The notes beneath the pieces were generated by a model. The model saw only the letters and a list, made by a program, of their open reading frames with translations, ran no database searches and was not told the origin of the DNA. Position numbers and translations under genes: made by a program. DNA of 36,886 nt from NCBI GenBank assembly GCA_012841205.1, contig DUVE01000007.1:1-36886 (forward strand), given 5' to 3'. Numbering within the stretch: position 1 is the first letter of the stretch; each line of letters begins with the position of its first letter. The DNA comes from Mollicutes bacterium. Its GTDB lineage: Bacteria > Bacillota_I > Bacilli_A > RF39 > UBA660. This document shows, piece after piece, positions 17,848 through 26,375 of the stretch.

Positions 17848-18516
17848 ATGATTGCAGGAATAAATCCGATTTCATATAATGATTTTCCTAAGGAAATATC
17901 GTATGTTATCTTCTTAGGTGGTTGTAACTTTAGATGCCCTTTTTGTCATAATTCATCTATTGTAGATAAAAGAGGCGATGAGATTAAATTTTCTTCTGTA
18001 GTGGATAGTTTAATTGAAAGAAAAAACTTTATTAAAGCAGTTGTCATAACGGGTGGTGAACCTACCATTTATGGTGATAGATTAATATCCATGATAAAAA
18101 CAATAAAGGGACTTGGATTTAAAATTAAATTAGATACTAATGGGACTAACCCAAGTGTTCTAGAAAAAATATTAGATGAGGGTATTATCGATTATATAGC
18201 AATGGATATTAAAAATACTTTTGATAAATATGCAGAAACTATCGGGTGTGAGGTAGACCTAAAAAGGATTAAACAAAGTATAAAAATCATTGAAGATAGT
18301 AATATCGAATATGAGTTTAGGACAACTATTAATAAAAAAAATCATACGACTCCTGATATCGAAGAAATCATAACTTATATCAAAGATAAAAATAAATATT
18401 TTATTCAAAACTATCAATATAGTAAAGAACAGATATGTAAGAAGGATTTTGGGAGATTTGAAGAAGATGAACTAAACAAAATAAAACAAAAGCTAGATGT
18501 AGGAATCAAAGTATAA
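17848..18516 (+). CDS. nrdG: anaerobic RNR activating radical-SAM enzyme, copy 2 (long type)
   Basis: CNFRCPFCHN cluster and VITGGEPT motif, 222 aa from ATG 17848. The ORF-track TTG at 17824 would overlap nrdD. Confidence 0.85.
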   Translation: MIAGINPISYNDFPKEISYVIFLGGCNFRCPFCHNSSIVDKRGDEIKFSSVVDSLIERKNFIKAVVITGGEPTIYGDRLISMIKTIKGLGFKIKLDTNGTNPSVLEKILDEGIIDYIAMDIKNTFDKYAETIGCEVDLKRIKQSIKIIEDSNIEYEFRTTINKKNHTTPDIEEIITYIKDKNKYFIQNYQYSKEQICKKDFGRFEEDELNKIKQKLDVGIKV

Positions 18517-18550
18517 AAAAACAAACCCATTTATATGGGCTTGTTTTTTA
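18515..18550. terminator. bidirectional terminator after the nrd cluster
   Basis: AAAAAACAAACCCAT-TTAT-ATGGGCTTGTTTTTT, with one mismatch in the stem. Confidence 0.85.
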
Positions 18551-18559
18551 TCTTAAGGC

Positions 18560-18775
18560 TTATTTCTTTTTATCCGCTGTACCAAGTAGGCTAGCAACTA
18601 ATGCTAAAGTAAGAGCGAGATATTCAACTAACAATAGGCTTATATTTACATTGTTGTAGTTTTCCATAAATATAAAATTGTAAGATGAAGTCCCGAAAGG
18701 TACAATAACTGTTAATACTAGTATTGTTATTGCATAAACCTTCAATAAATATTTTTGTAATGCATTAAACTTCAT
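18560..18775 (-). CDS. small two-TM membrane protein, unknown function
   Basis: 71 aa with a strong RBS GAGGAGG upstream and two hydrophobic segments. Confidence 0.6.
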   Translation of the reverse strand: MKFNALQKYLLKVYAITILVLTVIVPFGTSSYNFIFMENYNNVNISLLLVEYLALTLALVASLLGTADKKK

Positions 18776-18871
18776 TGTCGCACCTCCTCATAATAAAATT
18801 ATAACATATAAAAACACTTAAAACTATTTATACCTTTTAATATACATGATATAATAAGGATGGTGATGAAA

Positions 18872-19339
18872 ATGAAAAAAAGAATTTTTGTGTTAGCTGG
18901 AATAGTAGCTTTATTAGATCAATTAGTTAAGATTGTAATAACAAATTTTTTGCCTAGCGAAGGCATTACTGTTATTAAAGATTTCTTTTATTTAAGTTAC
19001 GTTAAAAATGATGGCGCTGCTTTTGGAATGTTTTCTGGAAGCAGATGGGCACTTATAATAATATCTATTTGTGCTATATACGCTATTATAAAATATTTTA
19101 TCCTAGATGTAAAAGTAACTAAGGTTGAATTTATCTCTTATGCTTTAATATTAGGGGGAATTGTTGGTAATTTAATTGATCGTATTTTATATGGTTATGT
19201 GATTGATTATTTTGATTTTAGAATTATGACATATCATTTTCCTGTGTTTAATATAGCTGATACTGCTATGGTTATTGGAACAATTTTAGTAATATTACAT
19301 TTAATTAATAATGCTGTTAAACAAAGGAGAAAAGCGTGA
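18872..19339 (+). CDS. lspA: lipoprotein signal peptidase II
   Basis: NDGAAFG and FNIAD motifs with four TM segments. ATG 18872 follows RBS AAGGATGGTGA (upstream in-frame ATGs at 18860 and 18866 are possible). Confidence 0.9.
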   Translation: MKKRIFVLAGIVALLDQLVKIVITNFLPSEGITVIKDFFYLSYVKNDGAAFGMFSGSRWALIIISICAIYAIIKYFILDVKVTKVEFISYALILGGIVGNLIDRILYGYVIDYFDFRIMTYHFPVFNIADTAMVIGTILVILHLINNAVKQRRKA

Positions 19340-20229
19340 ATATAATTAATGTAAGTGAAGAAAAAGCAGATATTAGAATAGATAAATATTTGATAGAAGA
19401 ATTAAGTTTTAGTCGTAGTCGAATTCAAAAATTAATTAAAAATGGTAATATAAAGGTTAATGATGAAAATGTTAAGAATAGTTACATTGTTAGAGTGGAT
19501 GATGAAATTAAAATAGAAGAAACAGAAGATTATAGTACTTTAGCTAAAGCAGAAAACATACCGCTTGATATTGTGTTTGAAGATGATGATGTTATTGTTG
19601 TAAATAAACCATCAGGTATGGTTGTTCATCCGGCAGCTGGTCATCATACCAACACACTTGTAAATGCTCTTTTATATCATACAGAAAACTTAAGTGGTGT
19701 GAATGGTAATATGAGGCCAGGGATAGTTCATCGTATTGATAAAGACACTAGTGGCTTATTATTGGTTGCTAAGAACAATGAAGCACATGTTGCCTTGTCT
19801 AATGATCTAAAAGAAAGAAAGATAGAAAGACGTTATACAGCATTAGTAGAAGGAATTATTCCTCATGATCATGGTACGATAGATGCTCCTATCGGAAGGG
19901 ATCGTATCGATCGTAAAAAAATGGCAATAACTGATATAAATGCTAAGAATGCAGTTACTCATTTTACTGTTAAAGAAAGATATAATAATGTTACTTTAGT
20001 TGAATGTAAATTGGAAACAGGAAGAACTCATCAAATAAGGCTGCATATGAAGTATATTGGATATCCTATTGTTAACGATCCAATATATAATAAAAAATCA
20101 AAAAATAATTTTGGTCAAATGCTACATGCCAAAAAAATAGGATTTAATCATCCTGTTACAAAAGAATATATGGAATTTTCAGTAGAAGAACCAGCTGAAT
20201 TCAACAAGATTGTTGAATCATATAAATAA
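19336..20229 (+). CDS. rluD: RluA-family 23S rRNA pseudouridine synthase (RluD-like)
   Basis: S4 domain at the N-terminus and catalytic HRIDKDTSGLL motif. The GTGA start/stop overlaps lspA, as in lspA-ylyB of Bacillus. Confidence 0.9.
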   Translation: MNIINVSEEKADIRIDKYLIEELSFSRSRIQKLIKNGNIKVNDENVKNSYIVRVDDEIKIEETEDYSTLAKAENIPLDIVFEDDDVIVVNKPSGMVVHPAAGHHTNTLVNALLYHTENLSGVNGNMRPGIVHRIDKDTSGLLLVAKNNEAHVALSNDLKERKIERRYTALVEGIIPHDHGTIDAPIGRDRIDRKKMAITDINAKNAVTHFTVKERYNNVTLVECKLETGRTHQIRLHMKYIGYPIVNDPIYNKKSKNNFGQMLHAKKIGFNHPVTKEYMEFSVEEPAEFNKIVESYK

Positions 20230-20242
20230 AGGAGGGAATAAT

Positions 20243-21388
20243 ATGGACAATGTTGTTATAAATGCAAAAGATACAATTGCAATGAAATTACTGCATTTTT
20301 TCATTACTGAAAAAGGATATACACCTATTATTGTTCATGGGGCTAAAAATGAAATTTGGCTTGAAAATATGGATGAATCTTTTTCTATTATTAGAATTAT
20401 GTCTGGTCACATTCACAATCGTGAACAATTGGAATTCGACTTATATAAAACACAAAATTTAATAACTCGTATAAAGAAAAAAACTTTCAGTTATAAGTTA
20501 AAAGCACTTACTATTTTTTTAGATGTTGAAGATACTGTAGAATTATCCAATAAAGATGAAATAGAATGTATAAATATAACATCTGAAGATGATTTAGCAA
20601 AATATGATGTCATTAGTAAGACGTTCCCTGATATTACATCTAAATTACAACATAATGAAGATGGCATTGAATTATTTGTGAAAATTACAGATGAAATAAA
20701 TAAAACAACAGAGAAGGAAGCTAAAAAGAATGAGGATATATTTAAAAAGAAACCAGCTCGCGTTACAACTACCCTTATTATAATTAATGCTTTAATATTT
20801 ATGTTATCTCTAATCTTAGAAATTGATACTGTAATTAGTTTTGGAGGTCTATATCCGCCACTTGTTAGAGCAGGTGAAATATTTAGGCTGATGAGTGCAA
20901 CCTTTATTCATGGCAGTTTACTACATCTTTTAATGAATATGTATGCATTATATATAATCGGTTCTCAAATAGAATCATTTTATGGAAGTACCAATTTCTT
21001 ATTAATATATTTGTTTAGTGGATTGTTTGGTTCATTACTTTCGATGTCATTTTTAGGCAGTAATTGGTCAATTGGTGCCAGTGGAGCAATATTTGGACTA
21101 TTTGGAGCATTGTTGTACTTTGGATATCATTATCGTGTATATTTAGGAAGTACAATTAAAACTCAAATAATACCTATTTTACTTATAAACTTATTCATAG
21201 GATTTGCCATTTCAAATATTGATCAGTTCGCTCATCTTGGAGGATTAGTTGGTGGGTTTTTAATGGCAAAAACTGTAGGGATAAAATATAGAACAAAAAA
21301 AGAGGAAAAAACGCAAGGCTTTATTTTATCAACACTAACATTAATCTTCCTAATATATATTGCTTTTGTATATACAGTAGGGATGTAG
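20243..21388 (+). CDS. rhomboid intramembrane serine protease with ~190-aa cytoplasmic N-domain (GluP/YqgP-like)
   Basis: GASGAIFGL (Ser) and AHLGGLVGG (His) motifs plus HGSLLHLLMNM. ATG 20243 follows RBS AAAGGAGGG. Confidence 0.85.
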   Translation: MDNVVINAKDTIAMKLLHFFITEKGYTPIIVHGAKNEIWLENMDESFSIIRIMSGHIHNREQLEFDLYKTQNLITRIKKKTFSYKLKALTIFLDVEDTVELSNKDEIECINITSEDDLAKYDVISKTFPDITSKLQHNEDGIELFVKITDEINKTTEKEAKKNEDIFKKKPARVTTTLIIINALIFMLSLILEIDTVISFGGLYPPLVRAGEIFRLMSATFIHGSLLHLLMNMYALYIIGSQIESFYGSTNFLLIYLFSGLFGSLLSMSFLGSNWSIGASGAIFGLFGALLYFGYHYRVYLGSTIKTQIIPILLINLFIGFAISNIDQFAHLGGLVGGFLMAKTVGIKYRTKKEEKTQGFILSTLTLIFLIYIAFVYTVGM

Positions 21389-21528
21389 AAAAACAAAGAA
21401 ACCATAAATTTTAGAATTAGAAAAACTTAGAAAAATTAGTGAGATTGCTAATGTACTTCACACCGATAATGACTCTTTATTAGTTGCCGACAAACCATAT
21501 GTAAGGAAAAAAAGAATATAGTATTAAC

Positions 21529-21564
21529 AAAAAAGTAAACACAATTATTTGTGTTTACTTTTTT
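21529..21564. terminator. bidirectional terminator
   Basis: Stem AAAAGTAAACACA / TGTGTTTACTTTT with loop ATTATT. Confidence 0.85.
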
Positions 21565-21576
21565 AGTATGAAGTTG

Positions 21577-22503
21577 TTATTTTTTGCTTCTTTTAATTTT
21601 TAATTTAGATTTACTATCAAAAAAATCTCTTAATTTAATAGGTCCTGCTATTATTTCGCGATCAACATGTAATGATCTATTTTCACTAACCTTAACATCC
21701 CATTTTACTAACGATATAAAACCATTTTCAATCTCAATGCAAGTTATATAACGAAGATGTGTACAACAACCATCGTTAAAATAAAGATGATTACCAACCT
21801 TTGGAAATACAGCTCTATGAGTATGTCCGGCAATTAGCATTTGCTGATTTTTTATTGTCCATGATATAAGTTTTTTTTCAACAGTTTTTTGTTTGTTTCC
21901 ATTGGTAGCAGTACTCATAGGGTTTCTAATCCCAATTAATTCAAGAGGTTTCCATACATATCTAACTAGGAAACAAGTGACTCTCCAAAATGCATCATTT
22001 AAAAAATCTCCTTGATGGCCATGAGTAACGAGGATGGTATCATTTGTTTTTTTATATCTTAAGATTAGACCCTCATAAATTTTAATGTGTGGAAATAAAG
22101 GTACATATTTTTTTTCTTCGTTATCATAAATTGTCTGTAAAAATTCATCCTTAATATGTTTTTCTTTTTTAATTATGTCATGATTTCCAAATAACATATA
22201 AAGGCGATTGTTTGCATAAAACTCTGATAATAATTTAAAAACATCTTGATGATTGTCAATGATTTTTCTTAAGGATTTAACTTCCCAAAGCTCATCTCCA
22301 TCACCAATTTCTATATATGTATAGTTATTTTCTAAATAATACTTAAGGGCTGCTAAATAAAGGTTTTTATTTTTTGCAAAATTATCACTTCTACTATTAT
22401 CGCCTCTATGACAATCACTAAATAATACTATTTTTGTTGAGTCATCAAAGGTTAATTCTTTAGATTCATGTAAAAGTTTTGATAGTTTTTTTGCTACCCC
22501 CAT
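21577..22503 (-). CDS. calcineurin-like metallophosphoesterase
   Basis: Motifs DCHRGD, GDGDELWE, GNHD, HGH and GHTH appear in canonical order. ATG 22503 follows RBS AAAGGAGA (the ORF-track TTG at 22518 lies inside the RBS). Confidence 0.85.
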   Translation of the reverse strand: MGVAKKLSKLLHESKELTFDDSTKIVLFSDCHRGDNSRSDNFAKNKNLYLAALKYYLENNYTYIEIGDGDELWEVKSLRKIIDNHQDVFKLLSEFYANNRLYMLFGNHDIIKKEKHIKDEFLQTIYDNEEKKYVPLFPHIKIYEGLILRYKKTNDTILVTHGHQGDFLNDAFWRVTCFLVRYVWKPLELIGIRNPMSTATNGNKQKTVEKKLISWTIKNQQMLIAGHTHRAVFPKVGNHLYFNDGCCTHLRYITCIEIENGFISLVKWDVKVSENRSLHVDREIIAGPIKLRDFFDSKSKLKIKRSKK

Positions 22504-22526
22504 AATATCTCCTTTCAAAAAGGTGG

Positions 22527-23432
22527 TTAGAGGTCTTTTTTATAGGACATGAATAAATTTTCTGTTTTACTAAAATTAAATAATTGCGTATACATTCCTG
22601 GAAGGAAACTTCTAATATAATTTATTTTATCTAAAGCATTGTTATAATCTTTTGTTATTTTATTAAAAAGGTTACAGTTATGCTTATTGTATTTTTGCAT
22701 TATATAATCTATTATTTTGTTTCTTGTAATTGGCTTTTTTGTATATGGCTTATCAAAAGTTAACGATACTACATTGTTATTTACTGCAATAGCCTTGTAA
22801 CCAACCTTATTTAAGCTCTTAACAAATGCATCTCTCATAACTTTGTCTTTAAGTTCTATACTTATTTCCATCACTAAATCTGATGGTTTTGAAAATTCGC
22901 CTAATTTAAAACTTGTTAACCACCAATGTTTTTCACTTCTTTTAAAAAGAACATCACTTTTTTTCTTTAAAATAAATGACATTGCAAGAAGGTCTTTATC
23001 CGTTATAGCCTCGTAAATTATGTCGGATACTGAAACATTACTTTTAGAGGAATAAACTCCAATTTCAGCTCCAGTGGTCATTCCGTATTGTCCCTTCCAA
23101 AATTCTATCAACCAATTTCTGTTATTATATTCAAAATAAATAGGTTCACTATCTATAATCATGCTAAGAAGAGGAGCGGTAACATCGTATGGTTTTCCAT
23201 ATCCATAATATCTTTGCCATGGATACATTATAGAGTAGAAAATATCTTTTGCTTGATCATAAGCAAATCCAAAAGGTTCAAGCTCTTTATTAAGACCATC
23301 GGCATCTAAAGGACTTAGAGGTTCTGTGAAAAGAGCATCACTTTCTTTGGTTATAAACTCTATTTGATAAAAAACTAAGAAAGTTACTCCAATTAAAGTT
23401 ATTATAAATATTAAAGCAATTAGCAAAATCAT
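22527..23432 (-). CDS. N-terminally anchored membrane protein, DUF4474-like
   Basis: ATG 23432 follows RBS AAAGGAG. It has one TM segment (ILLIALIFIITLIGVTFLVF). The block EPIYFEYNNRNWLIEFWKGQYGMTTGAEIGVY matches my recollection of DUF4474, so the family call is tentative. Confidence 0.6.
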   Translation of the reverse strand: MILLIALIFIITLIGVTFLVFYQIEFITKESDALFTEPLSPLDADGLNKELEPFGFAYDQAKDIFYSIMYPWQRYYGYGKPYDVTAPLLSMIIDSEPIYFEYNNRNWLIEFWKGQYGMTTGAEIGVYSSKSNVSVSDIIYEAITDKDLLAMSFILKKKSDVLFKRSEKHWWLTSFKLGEFSKPSDLVMEISIELKDKVMRDAFVKSLNKVGYKAIAVNNNVVSLTFDKPYTKKPITRNKIIDYIMQKYNKHNCNLFNKITKDYNNALDKINYIRSFLPGMYTQLFNFSKTENLFMSYKKDL

Positions 23433-23512
23433 CTTATCAGCTCCTTTCAATCTATATTATTCAAATAAATAACTATTGCTTTGGCGTATCTAATAAGTAT
23501 TAAAAAAAGCAT

Positions 23513-23536
23513 AAAAAAACTAGCTTTAAGCTAGTA
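23513..23536 (-). terminator. weak terminator of rnhC
   Basis: Short stem CTAGC/GCTAG (23520-23534) followed on the minus strand by a T7 run. Confidence 0.4.
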
Positions 23537-23538
23537 AT

Positions 23539-24495
23539 TTAATCTAATATTTTAGCTGTGTTTTTGAAGTTCATTTTGCTGATGCTATACAATTTCTCTT
23601 TTCCGTATTTTGCTACAATTTCCTTTCCGACTTTATCAACTTCAGTTCCAGCTCCTTTTGGAATAGTTATTTGTAATTCTTTACTCAATCTATTAATTTC
23701 TTTTAAAAATAAATATCTACTTATAATTGATGCACAGGCAACACTTAAACATTTATCTTCTGCTTTTGTAGTAAAAGTAATGTTTCTTACTACATTTGGA
23801 TTTCCCTTTAAATATTCAAAGTATTTTGTTTTATTTACAAACTGATCTACAACAATCATATCGTAGTTATAACTATCTTTATTTAATAATGTAAGTAATG
23901 CTTTATTATGTAAAATAGCTTTAATCTTATTCATATTTATATCAGTGCTATAGTTTTTATTATAATTTTCATTATCTAAAATAATGATAGAGTGGGGAAT
24001 CCTTTTAATTATATCAGGAGCTATTTTAATTATTTTTTCATCTGTAACTTTTTTTGAATCTCTAACTCCTAAATCTTCTAAGAAAGAGATGTCACTTTTT
24101 TTAACAAAAGCACTAGCTACTATGATAGGTCCAAAATAATCACCAGTTCCAACCTCGTCTGATCCAATCGAGTTTATAAAGTAATAATCTAATCTATCAT
24201 AATCATCTTTTTTATCTTTTTTATCCTTCTTTTTATCTTTTGTAAGTTCGGTGACAACTTTTCCATTATTTAAAAATGATTCTCGCTCCTTCCACATAGC
24301 AGCATCAATATCAGCGCTGATACCTTGAAACATTACCTTGCCTGATTCATATAATGTTACTACCGTATCAGCCTCATCAGCTTGAAAAATGGCATAAGGT
24401 GGAGTTTTAAGTCTCTTTTTATCTTCGAAGTATTCTTTCATTTCATTCATTGTGTTATCACTAATTTTATATACAATTGTTTTTTGCTTTTTCAT
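23539..24495 (-). CDS. rnhC: ribonuclease HIII
   Basis: N-terminal TBP-like domain (YAIFQADEADTVVTLYESGKVMFQG) and an RNase H fold with GSDEVGTGDYFGP. A K/D-rich linker is present. Start at 24495 (MKKQKT) or 24516. Confidence 0.9.
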   Translation of the reverse strand: MKKQKTIVYKISDNTMNEMKEYFEDKKRLKTPPYAIFQADEADTVVTLYESGKVMFQGISADIDAAMWKERESFLNNGKVVTELTKDKKKDKKDKKDDYDRLDYYFINSIGSDEVGTGDYFGPIIVASAFVKKSDISFLEDLGVRDSKKVTDEKIIKIAPDIIKRIPHSIIILDNENYNKNYSTDINMNKIKAILHNKALLTLLNKDSYNYDMIVVDQFVNKTKYFEYLKGNPNVVRNITFTTKAEDKCLSVACASIISRYLFLKEINRLSKELQITIPKGAGTEVDKVGKEIVAKYGKEKLYSISKMNFKNTAKILD

Positions 24496-24564
24496 ATAAC
24501 CACGTCCTACATTCATTTTATCATAAATATCTTTTCTTTTGCCATAAAATATAATATAATGTTA

Positions 24565-25275
24565 ATGACAGGAGTGATTAATATAACAATTATAGATGTA
24601 CTAATTTTATTAGCGCTAGGTATGGGAGCAGCAGTTGGTTTTGCAAGAGGTTTTCTTAGACAAACTGTAAAATCGCTAGGTTGGATATTATCTCTTGTTG
24701 GCGCTTTCGTCTTTAGGGGGACACTAGCAGGGATTTTGATAAAAATATTTCCCTCGTTTAATTTTAAAGGAATATTTGCTGGAATATCATCATTAAATAT
24801 TTTGGTATATGAAGTTATTGCTTTTATTATATTGCTTATAGCATTTAGTGTAGTTGTAAAAATGCTTTTTGCAATTGCTTCATTTATAGAACGTATTTTA
24901 AGAGCAACAATTATACTTGCTATTCCATCTAAAATATTAGGTGCTATAATGGGGCTTGCTGAAGCTTATCTTACTGTCTTTGTAGTTTTATTCATTTTAA
25001 CATTACCCGTTTTTAATCTTAAAATGATCAATGAATCAAGATATAAGGATAAGATTTTAAAGGGAACGCCTATTGTATCTAAATTAGCAAATAAGACGGT
25101 TGAAAGTTTTAATGATATATATAAACTTAAAGATGAGTTAGACAAAGAAACCGATCGTTTAAAATTAGATAAAAAGATTTTAAAAATCCTGATTGATAAT
25201 AATATTATTTCAGATGAAAAAGCTGATAAATTATATGAAGAAGGAAAAATTAATACTAAACAGGAGGAAGAATAA
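24565..25275 (+). CDS. cvpA: CvpA-family membrane protein (start uncertain)
   Basis: IIDVLILLALGMGAAVGFARGFLRQ is a typical CvpA N-terminus. It lies divergent from rnhC as in Bacillus. The ORF-track start at 24382 overlaps rnhC and is rejected. Confidence 0.65.
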   Translation: MTGVINITIIDVLILLALGMGAAVGFARGFLRQTVKSLGWILSLVGAFVFRGTLAGILIKIFPSFNFKGIFAGISSLNILVYEVIAFIILLIAFSVVVKMLFAIASFIERILRATIILAIPSKILGAIMGLAEAYLTVFVVLFILTLPVFNLKMINESRYKDKILKGTPIVSKLANKTVESFNDIYKLKDELDKETDRLKLDKKILKILIDNNIISDEKADKLYEEGKINTKQEEE

Positions 25276-25589
25276 TGAGTGTTATACATATTGAGGAACA
25301 TGATTATGATGAATTAGTTAGCAGCGGAATTGTTTTAGTTGACTTTTTTGCTGAGTGGTGTGGGCCATGTAAGATGTTGTCTCCAACACTTGATGCATTA
25401 TCAAATCAAAGAGATGATGTTAAAATTGTAAAGGTTAATGTTGATGAACAAGGAGACTTAGCGCGTCGCTTTGGAATAATGAGTGTTCCAACATTACTTT
25501 TATATAAAGATGGAATTAACGTAGGCCAAAAAAGTGGTTTTCAAACTATCGACATGCTAAATTCATGGATAGAAGAAAGTACAAAATAG
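25275..25589 (+). CDS. trxA: thioredoxin
   Basis: WCGPCK active site, 104 aa. The TAATG overlap suggests translational coupling to cvpA. Confidence 0.95.
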   Translation: MSVIHIEEHDYDELVSSGIVLVDFFAEWCGPCKMLSPTLDALSNQRDDVKIVKVNVDEQGDLARRFGIMSVPTLLLYKDGINVGQKSGFQTIDMLNSWIEESTK

Positions 25590-25614
25590 GTTAAATATAT
25601 AATATGTAGCATAT

Positions 25615-25657
25615 AATAACGGTGTGAACACTTAATGGTTGACACTGTTATTTTTTT
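25615..25657 (+). terminator. trxA terminator
   Basis: Stem AATAACGGTGT (25615-25625) / ACACTGTTATT (25642-25652) with one G-U pair, then a T7 run. Confidence 0.7.
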
Positions 25658-25667
25658 ATGATATATT
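25639..25667 (+). promoter_or_regulatory. rpsP promoter (TTGACA-17-TGATATATT)
   Basis: TTGACA at 25639-25644 and TATATT at 25662-25667 with a TGn extension. The -35 is embedded in the preceding terminator hairpin. Confidence 0.55.
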
Positions 25668-25700
25668 TTATACAGTTATAAATTGAGAGGAGACTGAAAT

Positions 25701-25973
25701 ATGGCTGTTAAATTAAGATTAAGAAGAATGGGCGCTAAAAAAAGACCGTTTTATCGTATTGTTGCTGCTGATTCAAGAAGCCCAAGAGATGGACGCTTTA
25801 TTGAAATCATAGGTACTTATAATCCGCTTACTTCACCAGCAGAAATTAAAATTGATGAAGAAAAAGCAATCAAATGGTTAAAAGAAGGAGCAAAGCCTTC
25901 TGATACTGTTCGTGATTTATTAAGTAAATCAGGTATTTTAACTAAAATACATGAACAAAAAGGAGAAAAATAA
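25701..25973 (+). CDS. rpsP: 30S ribosomal protein S16
   Basis: [35 protein letters not shown] is the canonical bS16 N-terminus. Confidence 0.97.
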   Translation: MAVKLRLRRMGAKKRPFYRIVAADSRSPRDGRFIEIIGTYNPLTSPAEIKIDEEKAIKWLKEGAKPSDTVRDLLSKSGILTKIHEQKGEK

Positions 25974-26221
25974 TGACTGATTTAGTTTTACTTACAGAAA
26001 CAATCGTTAAGTCATTAGTAAAAGATCCGGAAACTGTTTCAGTTAAACAATTTGAAACAGATGAAGATTATATACTTATACAAATAATGATTGATAAGGA
26101 TGCTATGGGTTCTATTATTGGTAAACAAGGACGCATCGCTAATGCTATAAGAACAGTTGTTCAAGCGGCTTCATTTATTGGTGAAAATAAAAAGGTTAGA
26201 ATAAATATTGATTCATTTTAA
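25973..26221 (+). CDS. khpA: KH-domain RNA-binding protein (YlqC/KhpA)
   Basis: GxxG loop (IIGKQGRIANAIRTV), 82 aa. The TAATG overlaps rpsP. Confidence 0.9.
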   Translation: MTDLVLLTETIVKSLVKDPETVSVKQFETDEDYILIQIMIDKDAMGSIIGKQGRIANAIRTVVQAASFIGENKKVRINIDSF

Positions 26222-26252
26222 TATTTTGATGTGATATTTAAGATACAAAGAT

Positions 26253-26281
26253 AAACACTTCTATTTTAGAAGTGTTTTTTA
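26253..26281 (+). terminator. rpsP-khpA terminator
   Basis: Stem AAACACTTCT / AGAAGTGTTT with loop ATTTT, then a T-run. Confidence 0.85.
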
Positions 26282-26375
26282 GTATGAAGTATGAAAAAAT
26301 CCAAGTCTATTTTTGTTGTAATAATACTCCCTTTGTATTATAATATAATATATATGTAGAATGTGGAGGTGTATA

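Noticed and set aside
21408-21521. Start-less 38-codon open frame (ILELEKLRKISEIANVLHTDNDSLLVADKPYVRKKRI*) between the rhomboid gene and the terminator. It could be a gene remnant.
   Set aside because: It has no start codon or RBS, and I recognise no family. It cannot be distinguished from chance in a short spacer.
21559-21574. Identical 16-mer TTTTTTAGTATGAAGT at 21559-21574 and 26275-26290, both just after terminator hairpins.
   Set aside because: A rough expectation for a 37-kb, ~30% GC window is a few chance 16-mer matches. No extended similarity flanks the two copies.
24205-24241. Repetitive T/C-rich tract encoding the KDKKKDKKDKKDD linker in RNase HIII, as a possible slippage or phase-variation site.
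   Set aside because: The repeats are imperfect and in-frame. They sit at the inter-domain linker, where low-complexity insertions are tolerated. There is no evidence of frame disruption.
24382-24558. Long N-terminal extension of the cvpA ORF in the ORF track.
   Set aside because: It overlaps the rnhC coding region on the opposite strand and its promoter region. The translated extension has no CvpA-like sequence.
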